This document shows, in pieces, positions 1 to 9,795 of a stretch of 64,000 nt of DNA; the stretch's first letter is position 1; each line of letters opens with the position of its first letter. Position numbers and translations under genes: made by a program. The DNA is from Candidatus Poribacteria bacterium (lineage in GTDB: Bacteria > Poribacteria > WGA-4E > WGA-3G): positions 203,043 through 267,042 of the forward strand of contig JAGWBV010000003.1 in the NCBI GenBank assembly GCA_021295715.1. The letters are read 5' to 3'. The notes below the pieces were generated by a model, which ran no database searches, was not told where the DNA came from, and saw only the letters and a program-made list of their open reading frames with translations.

Positions 1-1
1 A

Positions 2-334
2 ACGAAAGAAGAACCTAAGGTAGAACCGGTAGAAGAAATACCGGATCCGACAATACCCGAATTTTCACCAGAGACACAAGGATTCGGAATTGAACCGGAA
101 ATAGAAGGATTAGAAACTGAACCACCGCCTCCCACGCCACAAATCCCGTTGGTCCTGTGGATAGCGACGAACAAAGATCTGTATACACATCACACTCGCT
201 CTGCGGATGTATGGGAGTACACAACGACACCCCAGATACTCACGGGTGAATTGATAGTAGATTCTCTCGTCGTGGTAAACAATAGAATCTGGTTAGCGAC
301 CTCTAACGGTTTAGCAACTATGAATGCTCAATAA
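2..334 (+). CDS. 3' end of a gene entering from upstream (partial, function unknown)
   Basis: Frame 2 is open from the window edge to TAA at 332-334. It translates as a Pro/Glu-rich linker followed by a C-terminal domain. The ORF-track piece 149..334 is only its Met-initiated tail. Confidence 0.4.
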   Translation, partial: TKEEPKVEPVEEIPDPTIPEFSPETQGFGIEPEIEGLETEPPPPTPQIPLVLWIATNKDLYTHHTRSADVWEYTTTPQILTGELIVDSLVVVNNRIWLATSNGLATMNAQ

Positions 335-382
335 ACCTGTTCGCAAGCGTAAGATACGAAAACCGCAAGGTAAATTTATAAA

Positions 383-1219
383 ATGCAACCGACATCCACA
401 AAACTTATTACGCGTTGGGCAACTGGTGAACCCATCCAGGTCGAGGACGAGTTGGTTGTTGAGGAACCGCTTGAGATTCGGGTGGGACAACAGAGTTTGA
501 TCGTTGTGATGCGGACGCCCGGACACGATTTTGAACTCGCCGCGGGCTTTCTTTATACGGAAAGCCTCATCACTTCCGGTGATGACATCGAAATCATCGC
601 CTATTGTGATGAAGAAGATTCTGGGACGCAGTCGTCGGGTTTATCGTCGTTGCAGAATATTGTCAACGTTCGCCTTACGGAGGAACTGGACCTTGATGCC
701 GAATCAGGTTGGCAGCGGAATTTCCACGCAAATGCGAGTTGTGGACTCTGTGGCAAAATGACGATTGAATCCGTTAGACAGCAGGTATCGCCGTTGAATT
801 CCGGATTCCACACCAATCAAGAGGTATTCTATAAACTCAACGATCGGTTAAGAAAAGCGCAATCCGTTTTTGAAAAAACGGGTGGACTCCACGCCGCTGG
901 GTTATTCGATGAAAAGGGTGAACTCCTGATTATCAGGGAGGACATAGGCAGACACAACGCTGTCGATAAAGTGATCGGACACGCGTTACTATCTGACTTG
1001 GTGCCGCTTGATCGGTATATCTTGATGGTGAGCGGACGCGCCAGTTTTGAAATCGTCCAGAAAGCTCTGTTTGCGCGTATCCCGATTATCGTCGCCGTCT
1101 CGGCAGCATCTACACTCGCCGTAGATCTCGCCACAGAGGGTAACCTCACGTTAATAGGTTTCATGCGGGGGCAGAGCATGGCAGTCTATAGTTGTCCAGA
1201 ACGCATTCACTGTCAATAG
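383..1219 (+). CDS. fdhD: formate dehydrogenase accessory sulfurtransferase FdhD
   Basis: The 278-aa product matches FdhD/NarQ family length. It carries the signature GRHNAVDKVIG and a conserved Cys-containing loop (ASCGLCG). Confidence 0.85.
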   Translation: MQPTSTKLITRWATGEPIQVEDELVVEEPLEIRVGQQSLIVVMRTPGHDFELAAGFLYTESLITSGDDIEIIAYCDEEDSGTQSSGLSSLQNIVNVRLTEELDLDAESGWQRNFHANASCGLCGKMTIESVRQQVSPLNSGFHTNQEVFYKLNDRLRKAQSVFEKTGGLHAAGLFDEKGELLIIREDIGRHNAVDKVIGHALLSDLVPLDRYILMVSGRASFEIVQKALFARIPIIVAVSAASTLAVDLATEGNLTLIGFMRGQSMAVYSCPERIHCQ

Positions 1220-1336
1220 CGCACAAACGAAAAGGAGAGTCGGATAACTTTTGCTATCTTTTTGAGATGACGCGTCTCTATAGGGGTAAAAGGAATTCGG
1301 GCTTACAAAGCCCTCCTATAAAGGAGCAAAATTTTT

Positions 1337-1621
1337 ATGTTAAGCATTTTAAACGGCATCCAAGGGCTCGTCAATCTTCTATTTTTCGTAGCTATTGTTG
1401 GGACTTTGGTGGTCTCGTGGATATATGCCAGCCGGTTGAAGAAACAGTACGGTGCCGAGTTTCCGTGGAGCAAAACAGCCTCTATTGTCGGGATCGAAGT
1501 CCTACTTTGGATGGGATTTAACTTTTTCTGGGAAATTTTTGAAGCGTTCTGGCTGCCAATTACGATTGTCGCCATTATTGTTATTGTGCTTATCTCGCGA
1601 AAGAAAAGGAGATATGTATGA
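1337..1621 (+). CDS. small membrane protein (two TM helices, Lys/Arg-rich tail)
   Basis: AAGGAG sits 8 nt before the ATG. The product has two long hydrophobic stretches and no recognisable family. Confidence 0.4.
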   Translation: MLSILNGIQGLVNLLFFVAIVGTLVVSWIYASRLKKQYGAEFPWSKTASIVGIEVLLWMGFNFFWEIFEAFWLPITIVAIIVIVLISRKKRRYV

Positions 1622-1687
1622 GCAAAGTTAAGGGTGGTGTGCCTTGAACGCGCGCTACCCAAAAAATGAACCTAAGGAGTGCTAAAT

Positions 1688-2740
1688 ATGAGTCGGACAG
1701 GGAGAGCCGTGGTCGCGTGCGGCAAAGATTTTGAAATTCGTGAGTACCCGGTTCCTGAACCTGAACCTAACACGGTGCTGCTTCGTCAGGAGTTAGCAGG
1801 GATTTGCGGAACTGACCTTCACAACTGGCAGAACGGCTTCCAACAAGAAGTTTTACTCGGACATGAAAACGTCGGTATTATTGAGGCGATTGGTGAAGGC
1901 GTGGAAACCGATTATGTGGGTAAACCGGTTAAAGAGGGTGACAGGGTCATCTTCGCGCCGGGAACAAACTACGGTGCCTACGGCTTTCAGTGGAACCCAG
2001 ATGAGGCACCACATTTTCGCGGTGGGTTTGCGGATTATATGTATCTCAACTACCCGAATACATGCTTCATGAAGACCGATGCATCACCTGAAGTTGCTGT
2101 ACTCACAGAGCCGTTTACTGTCGGTGTTCACGCCGCAATGCGGGGTGAAATAAAATTGGGGGATACCGTCGTTGTGCAGGGTTCCGGTGCTATTGGGCTT
2201 GTGACGCTTGCGTGTGCGAAATTGAGCGGTGCCGCAAAAGCGATTATGGTCGGTGGACCTGCCGGACGATTGGAACTCGCGAAACGACTCGGTGCCGACG
2301 TAACGATTGACATTGAGGAGGTCACTTCTGTCGAGGAACGGACGGAACTCGTGAAAGCGGAAACGCCCCGTAAAGAGGGGGCAGATGTCGTCTTTGAATG
2401 CGCGGGTTTCCTTCCGGCAACGCCAGAGGGTTTGGGTTACACACGCCGTAGCGGGACTTTTGTTGAAGTTGGGCATTTTGTAGATATGGGTTCAATCGAT
2501 TTCAATATCAACCAATTGTTGATGCGCAAAAACCTTCGTGTTGAAGCTATTTGGGGAAGCAGTTACGAGCACTTCGTTCGTGGTTTACCACTCCTTGAAC
2601 AGAGCAATTTGCCGTTCGCCGACATGATTAGCCACCAACTGCCACTCTCACAGGTTGGGGACGGATTTAAGGCACTTGACGGCGGTTATCGTATTAAAGG
2701 TGAAACGGCGATTAAAATTGCGGTTCGGGCTGAAGAATAA
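1688..2740 (+). CDS. zinc-dependent alcohol dehydrogenase (MDR family, threonine/sorbitol dehydrogenase-like)
   Basis: The GICGTDLH zinc motif is followed by the GHE motif and a GSGAIG Rossmann motif. The likely true start is ATG 1688 (AAGGAG 8 nt upstream); the track starts at GTG 1679. Confidence 0.85.
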   Translation: MSRTGRAVVACGKDFEIREYPVPEPEPNTVLLRQELAGICGTDLHNWQNGFQQEVLLGHENVGIIEAIGEGVETDYVGKPVKEGDRVIFAPGTNYGAYGFQWNPDEAPHFRGGFADYMYLNYPNTCFMKTDASPEVAVLTEPFTVGVHAAMRGEIKLGDTVVVQGSGAIGLVTLACAKLSGAAKAIMVGGPAGRLELAKRLGADVTIDIEEVTSVEERTELVKAETPRKEGADVVFECAGFLPATPEGLGYTRRSGTFVEVGHFVDMGSIDFNINQLLMRKNLRVEAIWGSSYEHFVRGLPLLEQSNLPFADMISHQLPLSQVGDGFKALDGGYRIKGETAIKIAVRAEE

Positions 2741-2815
2741 ACAAATTCAAGAAAATCGTGCGTTCAAGCGCATATAATGTGCGCTGGTATCGCGCGCCCA
2801 CAGGAGGCATAATTA

Positions 2816-3835
2816 ATGGCAAAAACGTATCGCGTCGGCTTCGCATCTCTTGTGCATGACCATGTATGGGGTGAACTTCGCCACTGGAAGGCACATCCAA
2901 ACGTTGAAATTGTCGCTGCAGGCGATGTCAATGCGGAATTACGCGCCCAATTCAGCGCAGAAGTCGGTATCGAGAATATCTATAACTCTTGGCAAGAAAT
3001 GGTGGAGAAAGAGGAATTAGATATTGTCCAAGCGGCCTCGGAAAACAATGCGGGTGCTGACATCGTCGAAGCGGCAGCGGCGAAAGGGATCCACGTCGTA
3101 TCCGAAAAGCCGATGGCTGCGCGACTCTCACAAGCGGATCGGATGCTTGCCGCAGCGGAGAACGCTGGTACCCTATTGATGGTGAACTGGCCCACCGCAT
3201 GGAGTCCCGCACTCAACACCGCAATGAACCTCATCAAAGATGGGGCGATTGGCGACATTTTCTATTTCAAATGGCGTTCCGCACATAATGGACCGATGGA
3301 AATCGGGTGCTCTCGCTACTTCTATGAGTGGCTCTACGATGAAGAGAAAAATGGTGCAGGTGCGTTGATGGATTACTGTTGTTACTGCGCCGATATGTGT
3401 GCCTACCTCCTCGGTCTGCCACAGCAAGTAACGGCGTTCCGCGGCACCTTTGTTAAAGACTATCCGATCCCTGACGACAACGCCGTCATCGTCATGAAAT
3501 ACGGCAATGCGTTTGGACTCACGGAAGCATCTTGGACCCAAAAGGTTGGCTATATCACACCGAATCCGGTAGTCTATGGCACGGAGGGCGCGTTGATGGT
3601 AAGCGGCAACGAAGTTCACCTGCATCCTGCAAATGGCGACGCTGAAGTAGTTACCCCTGAACCACTCCCAGAGGGCAAACGCAACGCCGCGGAATACTTT
3701 ATTCACTGCTTGGAGACAGGCGAACCGATTGAAGGTCTGTGCAGTGCCAAAGTGAGCCGTGATGCCCAAGAAATCCTCGAAGCGGGACTGGTGTCAGCGG
3801 ATAGTGGACAGGTTGTTAACTTGCCGATGTCGTAA
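2816..3835 (+). CDS. Gfo/Idh/MocA family oxidoreductase
   Basis: An N-terminal NAD(P)-binding Rossmann region (RVGFASLVHDHVW ... EIVAAGD) precedes the typical C-terminal alpha/beta domain. GGAGG lies 8 nt upstream of the ATG. Confidence 0.85.
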   Translation: MAKTYRVGFASLVHDHVWGELRHWKAHPNVEIVAAGDVNAELRAQFSAEVGIENIYNSWQEMVEKEELDIVQAASENNAGADIVEAAAAKGIHVVSEKPMAARLSQADRMLAAAENAGTLLMVNWPTAWSPALNTAMNLIKDGAIGDIFYFKWRSAHNGPMEIGCSRYFYEWLYDEEKNGAGALMDYCCYCADMCAYLLGLPQQVTAFRGTFVKDYPIPDDNAVIVMKYGNAFGLTEASWTQKVGYITPNPVVYGTEGALMVSGNEVHLHPANGDAEVVTPEPLPEGKRNAAEYFIHCLETGEPIEGLCSAKVSRDAQEILEAGLVSADSGQVVNLPMS

Positions 3836-3888
3836 AGTATCACGGGTGCGGTTTCAGACCGTGCCCATAGGAACGTCAGGAGAAATTG

Positions 3889-4650
3889 ATGAGCAATAGA
3901 ATTCCAATAGCGTTACAACTATATTCCGTTAGAGATGATTGTGCAGGCGACCTATCTTTAACGCTCCAAGCGGTCGCACAGATGGGTTATGAAGGTGTTG
4001 AGTTTGCGGGTTACTATGATCGGACTGCCGAAGAATTACGCGGGATGTGCGATGACCTCGGATTGAAAGTTGCGGGGACGCATACAGGGATAAACACACT
4101 TCTCGGTGATGAACTCGCCAAAACGGTTGAATTCAACAAGGGACTCGGCAATCCGTATCTGATTGTGCCGGGACTCTCTGCGGAGTACCAAGGTTCGCAA
4201 CAAGCATGGCGTGAGACAGCAAAACTCTTCAACGATATTGCTGAAAAAATCGCTGATCAAGGGATGTTCACGGGTTACCACAATCACACAGGTGAATTCA
4301 CACCGATGGAAGATGAAGTTCCGTGGGATATATTCGGCGAGAACACCCGTGACGATGTCGTGATGCAAATTGACATCGGTCATGCCCTTCGCGCAGGTGC
4401 CGACCCTGTGGCGTATATTGAACGCTATCCCGGTAGATCGAAATTGGTGCACCTGAAAGAGTATTCACCTACGAATGACAAGGCAAACGTCGGTGAAGGT
4501 GAGATTCCGTGGGAGGCTGTGTTCCATGCCTGTGAAACCGTCGGTGGCACGGAGTGGTACATCGTTGAACAGGAAAGTTACGCCTATCCACCTCTTGAAT
4601 GTGCGGAACGCTGCATCGAAAATCTACGAAAGATGGGGAAAATTTCTTAA
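3889..4650 (+). CDS. sugar phosphate isomerase/epimerase (xylose-isomerase-like TIM barrel)
   Basis: The product shows the AP endonuclease 2 / xylose isomerase-like TIM pattern (GYEGVEF ... HNHTGEF ... IDIGH). Start is ATG 3889 with AGGAGA 5 nt upstream; the track begins at TTG 3886. Confidence 0.8.
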   Translation: MSNRIPIALQLYSVRDDCAGDLSLTLQAVAQMGYEGVEFAGYYDRTAEELRGMCDDLGLKVAGTHTGINTLLGDELAKTVEFNKGLGNPYLIVPGLSAEYQGSQQAWRETAKLFNDIAEKIADQGMFTGYHNHTGEFTPMEDEVPWDIFGENTRDDVVMQIDIGHALRAGADPVAYIERYPGRSKLVHLKEYSPTNDKANVGEGEIPWEAVFHACETVGGTEWYIVEQESYAYPPLECAERCIENLRKMGKIS

Positions 4651-4853
4651 TTATACCTTGCGGAGAAACAACGGACGTTTGAACGCTAACGTGCGTCCCT
4701 CAAATCCGTTTGCGTGTTTTTGCAATGTAATACAAGGAATGAATTTCGTCTATTCCCAGACTAAATCCGGTGTTTCTGCGTATTGTTGCAAGCTGCGTTT
4801 AAAAACCTTTCCGTAGATCCGCTTTCCACTTCGTTTCAAGCTGCGCGCTTTTT
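4646..4853 (-). repeat. copy of composite intergenic element, reverse-oriented relative to flanking genes (start-proximal box overlaps the stop codon of the upstream gene)
   Basis: TTAATTATACCTTGCGG at 4646-4663 is followed by the CGTCCCTCAAATCCGTTTGCGTGTTTTTGC and TTTCTGCGTATTGTTGCAAGC hairpin modules seen in the other copies. No gene start abuts the box in its sense orientation. Confidence 0.6.
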
Positions 4854-5612
4854 ATGCTAAAATCCAAAAATAGATTGACACCTAAAGGACAGCGACCTAC
4901 CAGTCGTTCCGATAGTGTTGAAACAGATCTTTTGCTCTGGTGGGAAGATTTTTATCTTCCCATTTTCGAGTACGTCCTCCCAAAAATTGGGAATCTGGAA
5001 GGGAAAAAGGTCCTTGAACTCGGTACTGGTACTGGGGGCACTGCGACGCTGCTGGCGAAACGGGGTGCCTCTGTTATCGGCATAGATTTACTGCCTTTTC
5101 GACTCGCTGAAGCGCAGGCGCGCGCAACAGAACACAACGTCGTTGAGGCGGTTAATTTTGCCCTGATGGACGCGACGCATCTCGCCTTTCCCGATAATAC
5201 CTTCGATTTTATCATTTCTAAATCCGTATTGGTTTTCACAGATCATCGGCAAACTGCGAAAGAATGCTACCGCGTTCTCAAACCGGAGGGAAAAGCGATC
5301 TTCATGGAAAACATGCGCCATCACCCGATGGTATGGTTGTATCGGAAAATGTTCCTGAAGTATTCGGGTAAACTGCGTTACTTTTCAGTGGGGGATATTG
5401 AAACCGTCGGTGCTGAATTTGAGAAGTTGGAGCATCGTGAGTTTCATCTCTCCGCCGTGAGCGCACTGTTTTGGCAGAAATGCATTTCTATCCCACTATT
5501 TTATCGGTGGAGCCTTCGCATCCTTAAAGTGATTGATACATCTCTCCTGAAATGCCTACCATTCCTCAAGCGATTCTGTTGGATTACTGCGATGATTTGC
5601 CACAGAGATTAG
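4854..5612 (+). CDS. class I SAM-dependent methyltransferase (type 11-like)
   Basis: VLELGTGTGGTATLLAKRGASVIGIDL is the glycine-rich SAM motif I, followed by an FDFIIS acidic motif. The N-terminal boundary is uncertain. Confidence 0.75.
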   Translation: MLKSKNRLTPKGQRPTSRSDSVETDLLLWWEDFYLPIFEYVLPKIGNLEGKKVLELGTGTGGTATLLAKRGASVIGIDLLPFRLAEAQARATEHNVVEAVNFALMDATHLAFPDNTFDFIISKSVLVFTDHRQTAKECYRVLKPEGKAIFMENMRHHPMVWLYRKMFLKYSGKLRYFSVGDIETVGAEFEKLEHREFHLSAVSALFWQKCISIPLFYRWSLRILKVIDTSLLKCLPFLKRFCWITAMICHRD

Positions 5613-5640
5613 TGATCTGACATACTTCCATAGTTAAGTG

Positions 5641-5990
5641 CGTAGGATGGGTTGAACCATAGGTGTCAATTTAAGAAAAAACTGATCGTGGTACCGTAGG
5701 TTGGGTAGAACGGATTCCATCAAACCCCGAAAAAGGCACAGAAAAATGGAAACTCGCCAGACACGCTATAGCCACCAGATACCGAGTGAAACCCAACGCT
5801 TTGGGGGGAGACTTCCGTGACACTGACCGCATGAAGTTGGGTTTCACTGTGTTTTTGAGAGTATAGGGTGTCTATCAAATTTCAGGTGTGTTTGGCACCC
5901 CGATGTTCGCCTTCTCAACACCGTTCTACCCAACCTACGGGCGCATTGTTCTTGGGTTCAACCCGGTTCGGTTAGGGAACCGAACCTATC
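5641..5990. repeat. MITE-like element with 20-bp perfect terminal inverted repeats and nested internal hairpins
   Basis: CCGTAGGTTGGGTAGAACGG at 5694-5713 is the exact reverse complement of 5921-5940. There is an outer pair GGGTTGAACC (5649-5658) / GGTTCAACCC (5955-5964) and an inner pair GTGAAACCCAAC / GTTGGGTTTCAC. A related partial copy lies at 19655-19700. Confidence 0.5.
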
Positions 5991-6070
5991 GGGGTCTGGG
6001 TGAACGTCGCGTTTAATGCAATATAAACTTTTAGAAGTGGTATAGCATGGCGGAGAAGTCTTTGCCGTTG

Positions 6071-6865
6071 TTAGCCATGTTTCAGCCAATTGTCAAAAAG
6101 CGGTTTGAGCCGTTCGGGGAGACTTCCTAAAAAAGTGGGTTCGTTGAGCCATTCTTGACTGGTCGGACTCTGTGGATTTGGAGGTTCATTTTCCGAAGGA
6201 ACAGTGAGAACAGCATAGTGGAGCGTCTGCCGTTTTTTCCCAGAAAGGTTGTATCCTTTGTGGAGCAGGCTTGAATTGTAAAAGACGATGTCACCGGCTT
6301 TCAGGTCTACGACCCGTTGGTTCGGCATCGCTGCCTGTGGGGTTTGTCGTATGACAGCGCGCTCGGCATCTGTGAGTTCACGTCGATGGCTACCCGGGAC
6401 GATATAAAGGGTCTCATCGTCATAAAGCGCACCATTGAGTTGAACGTGGCTTCTGAGTCGACTACGGAGGGTTTCAAGTGGGACTTCCCCATCGGGAGCG
6501 GAATCTCGATGCCAATTGATGTGATACGGTTTTCGATCGGAACTGAGGAGAAGCGTGCAGAGGTGATACCTTAACCTTTGCCCAATAAGTGCTTCAATGA
6601 CATCTAATATCTGCGGATGTGCAAGCGCGCCGACGAGTGCTTGCTCGCGAATGCTTGGGTGAAAAATGTTATTGACCCCCCAGATGTCATCGCGTTCGCT
6701 ATCTATGTAGCGTAGGTGGTCGGCGTGTAGACCTTCAACACGGCATTTGTGGAGTATCCGATCGATAGCATTCCGATAGGTTTGGATGTCGGTTTCAGAG
6801 AGTGCGCTCTTACGAATAATATAACCATTTTCAACAAAGGCATCAATTTCTGAGTGGGTTAGCAT
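6071..6865 (-). CDS. phytanoyl-CoA dioxygenase (PhyH) family protein
   Basis: The product has PhyH-fold length and motifs: a HxD...H 2-His-1-carboxylate facial triad context (WHRDS, PGSH). It is one of four paralogs in the window. Confidence 0.8.
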   Translation of the reverse strand: MLTHSEIDAFVENGYIIRKSALSETDIQTYRNAIDRILHKCRVEGLHADHLRYIDSERDDIWGVNNIFHPSIREQALVGALAHPQILDVIEALIGQRLRYHLCTLLLSSDRKPYHINWHRDSAPDGEVPLETLRSRLRSHVQLNGALYDDETLYIVPGSHRRELTDAERAVIRQTPQAAMPNQRVVDLKAGDIVFYNSSLLHKGYNLSGKKRQTLHYAVLTVPSENEPPNPQSPTSQEWLNEPTFLGSLPERLKPLFDNWLKHG

Positions 6866-6897
6866 CTTAGGTTTACCTCATGACATGGTAACAGTTT

Positions 6898-7302
6898 CTA
6901 AGTCGAATTGTCTGGACAGTAGAGGTCGTTAAACTCAATTTCGTTTCCATCCGGATCAAAGATGAAGAAAGCCCGACATTTACCGCGCGGGTCATCAAAA
7001 TCAAAAGGTCCGCGAGTCCGATATGGCAGAGAAGCGAACTGTTTGGTGAGTTGATTAATTCGATCGGTGTCCGTCACGAAGGCAAAGTGCATGGGTCCCC
7101 CTGCATCATGCCCGGGGCTTCCTGCTTCTTTGAGGACAAGATGTCCATTATCTAAGTAGATATAAAGCTGCCGATTGTTGCGCTCAAGAACTTCAAATCC
7201 GAGTAGATCTCGGTAAAACTCCGCTGCGCGTTCAAGATTGGCAACTTTAACGAAGACTTCTCCAATGCCGTAATAACCGTTCATAGCGTATCCCTCCGAC
7301 AC
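6898..7302 (-). CDS. VOC (glyoxalase/bleomycin-resistance/dioxygenase) family protein
   Basis: The 134-aa product has the paired beta-alpha-beta-beta-beta module pattern: GIGEVFVKVANLERAAEFY ... HFAF ... DPDGNEIEF. Confidence 0.75.
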   Translation of the reverse strand: MSEGYAMNGYYGIGEVFVKVANLERAAEFYRDLLGFEVLERNNRQLYIYLDNGHLVLKEAGSPGHDAGGPMHFAFVTDTDRINQLTKQFASLPYRTRGPFDFDDPRGKCRAFFIFDPDGNEIEFNDLYCPDNST

Positions 7303-7375
7303 TACGGTATCTGGTAAACAAAAAGGCTCTGGATTGGTGAAATCCGGAGCCTCTTTGTCTTAGGCTACTGATACC

Positions 7376-8221
7376 TTAGCGTTTCTTGATGTGTGCCCAT
7401 GTGGTAGCGAGTTTCCCCTGCGCTTCCACAGCAACGGCACCGAGAACTGCGCCACCAGCGAGTTCTTTTACTTCGTCTTCACTGATCGCACGTTCCCAGA
7501 AGTAGACCTCGTCAATCATGCCATCAATCCAGAAGTCGTTGCCAGCATTACCGCCGACTTGCCGTCCGACACCGAGTTCAACCGGACGCTCCGGGAACGT
7601 CAATAGTGGGGTCTCAATCGGTCTCGGATTCTGCTGTCCACTGGCGGGAACTACAGTATCACCGGTAACAGAGGAGGTTACATACGCTGTCGCTTCTTCA
7701 CCATTAACAACGTAAGCGACGTGAACCCATTCCTCTTCTGCGTAAACATTGTCAGTGGCAAACCAACCTTCGCTGCCTGCCCAGCAGCTGCCCCAGGTCA
7801 AATTTGCCTCGGACGTGGTGCACATTCGCACCATGAAGTGGTCACCCCAACCGACCTTGTCGCCTTTGAAGAACATCGCGGAGTGGTTCCTGCCCCCGCC
7901 TGTTCTGATGTAGAACCACAAGGAGACAGAGAAGATACCGTCCTCTTTTTCAAGGCTTGCGGAGGAAGGGATTGCGACATACTGTCCAGTGTCCTCGCCG
8001 GTTGCGGGATTCTCTGGATTCTCAACGTTAAGTGCCATACCGAATTCCGCGTTTATGGCACTCGCCCCGTTCACAAATTCGCCATCGTTACTTCCGATGG
8101 AATCGTTTGCCGTGCCATCGTCAAAGTTCCAAACAGAGACGAGACCATCTTCAAGCCCGGCGTAGCTATTGACACCGAGCATCATAAGTGCTAAAATGAA
8201 AAACAGACAAATGTGCTTCAT
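7376..8221 (-). CDS. secreted LamG/concanavalin-A-like lectin domain protein
   Basis: It has an N-terminal signal peptide and a Laminin_G_3-type C-terminal motif (DGMIDEVYFWERAISEDEV). It is a tandem paralog of 8311..9147. Confidence 0.7.
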   Translation of the reverse strand: MKHICLFFILALMMLGVNSYAGLEDGLVSVWNFDDGTANDSIGSNDGEFVNGASAINAEFGMALNVENPENPATGEDTGQYVAIPSSASLEKEDGIFSVSLWFYIRTGGGRNHSAMFFKGDKVGWGDHFMVRMCTTSEANLTWGSCWAGSEGWFATDNVYAEEEWVHVAYVVNGEEATAYVTSSVTGDTVVPASGQQNPRPIETPLLTFPERPVELGVGRQVGGNAGNDFWIDGMIDEVYFWERAISEDEVKELAGGAVLGAVAVEAQGKLATTWAHIKKR

Positions 8222-8310
8222 AATAAAGCTCCTTATCGTTTCAATTCTAACTTAGCGGGTTTGCGATAGAATCGCACGAACCCGCACTGTTTTTAGTTCC
8301 TCAATTGTAT

Positions 8311-9147
8311 TTAGCGGTAATGATGATAGGATTTGACCTTTCCCCAAGTGGTAGCTAATTTGCCTTCCGCTTTGACAGCCAGTGCCTTTTCTGGACGTGT
8401 GCCACTACCGAGTTCCTCGACTTCCTCTTCAGAGAGGGCGCGGTCCCAGATGATAACATCGTCGATGATGCCATCAAGGAATGTATCGTTGCCATCATTG
8501 CCCCCGATACCTCGACCTGCACCGAGTTCCAAAGGACGATCTTTGAACAGATTATAGGGTTCCGGTGCCAATTTTGGGTTTTGTTGACCACTCACAGGTA
8601 TTTCGGTTTTCCCGCCCTCTGGTGTTACGTATCCAATTGCCTCCTCACCATCTGCCGTCTGGCAGAGATGGAACCACTTATCGGTTTCAATGGCACCATC
8701 CGTGGCGAACCAATTTTCGGCACCGCCACTTGTTGTTCCCCACGTCAGACCGGTATCACTGGTTGTCACGATACGGAAGGTGAAGTTCGCACCCCAACCG
8801 ACCTTTGCGCCTTTCCAAACCCCAGAGTGGTTTCTTCCCTCGCGGACATAGAGCCAATAGGAGACAGTATGTGCTCCCTCAATTATTGACTCAAGATCGG
8901 CGTTAAATTCAATATCCGCCCGTGAATCTTGATTCCCATCAACATCCAACGCCTTCCCAAATTTGCCATCACCCGTGATTGTAGCTCCCTTGAAGAGTTC
9001 GCCGTGTGCATTCCCTATGGCATCCGTCACCTTTCCATCGTCAAAGGTCCAGGCAGCGATGACGCCATCATTTATGTCTGCGAACGCAGAAACTGAAACA
9101 CCGATCATTAACACAACGATAGCGAGTATAGAAATATATAGTTTCAC
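8311..9147 (-). CDS. secreted LamG/concanavalin-A-like lectin domain protein (paralog)
   Basis: It has a signal peptide ending VSAFA and the same architecture and C-terminal motif (DGIIDDVIIWDRALSEEEV) as 7376..8221. Confidence 0.7.
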   Translation of the reverse strand: MKLYISILAIVVLMIGVSVSAFADINDGVIAAWTFDDGKVTDAIGNAHGELFKGATITGDGKFGKALDVDGNQDSRADIEFNADLESIIEGAHTVSYWLYVREGRNHSGVWKGAKVGWGANFTFRIVTTSDTGLTWGTTSGGAENWFATDGAIETDKWFHLCQTADGEEAIGYVTPEGGKTEIPVSGQQNPKLAPEPYNLFKDRPLELGAGRGIGGNDGNDTFLDGIIDDVIIWDRALSEEEVEELGSGTRPEKALAVKAEGKLATTWGKVKSYHHYR

Positions 9148-9795
9148 TTTAATTGTCCTCCGTTAGTGGATTCTGGTAGCGAACAAACACCAACGAACCG
9201 TTTGAAGAAAAATTTGTAAGGTTGGCGTTATCCGCACCAACTTTATAATTCGGGCTGTCCAATTCGTCCATTTCTAAATTATAACGTGCGGACTGCCCAT
9301 AATAGATAGCGGTCTGACACCGCATAAGCATTCATCGTAGTGCGATTCATTACGCGTCCCAGTGATGATAAATTGTCCTGTCACATATACATCAAGAATG
9401 AGACGCAGTATTATCTAAAAAGAATTTAACGAAAAAAGTAAACTTTTTCCGCAAAAACTTGTCTAATAAGTGAAAGCAAAACAGAGATGCCTCTTTGGAG
9501 ATTTACACAATCCCAGTAACCCAAGTTGCTACCTAACAGACAAGCACTTGGCAGTTTTGCTTTTCAATACCATGGGGGTTCCGTTGCAGTGTTTCTACCC
9601 GGGCACAGGCTAAAATACTGAGAAGGAACTCCCCGTGGTCCCGATTATTTAGCGATTTACACACTTCGCGCCGACTTTTCATCCGACCCAGATACAAATT
9701 CAACTTGTAATATAAGAAATCTGACGCAGAAATGAGGGTTCACGCTCTATTAAAAAACAATATGTTATATAACTATTTTTGTCAAGAAAAAAAAT

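Noticed and set aside
3173-3769. 198-aa minus-strand ORF, together with 2952..3258 and 2980..3258
   Set aside because: It lies entirely antisense within the well-supported Gfo/Idh/MocA gene, has no ribosome-binding site and is low-complexity. It is a shadow ORF.
9148-9795. tRNA, riboswitch or structured ncRNA in the long LamG/FG-GAP intergenic region
   Set aside because: No cloverleaf or conserved stem pattern could be traced by eye. It is left as an unexplained AT-rich spacer.
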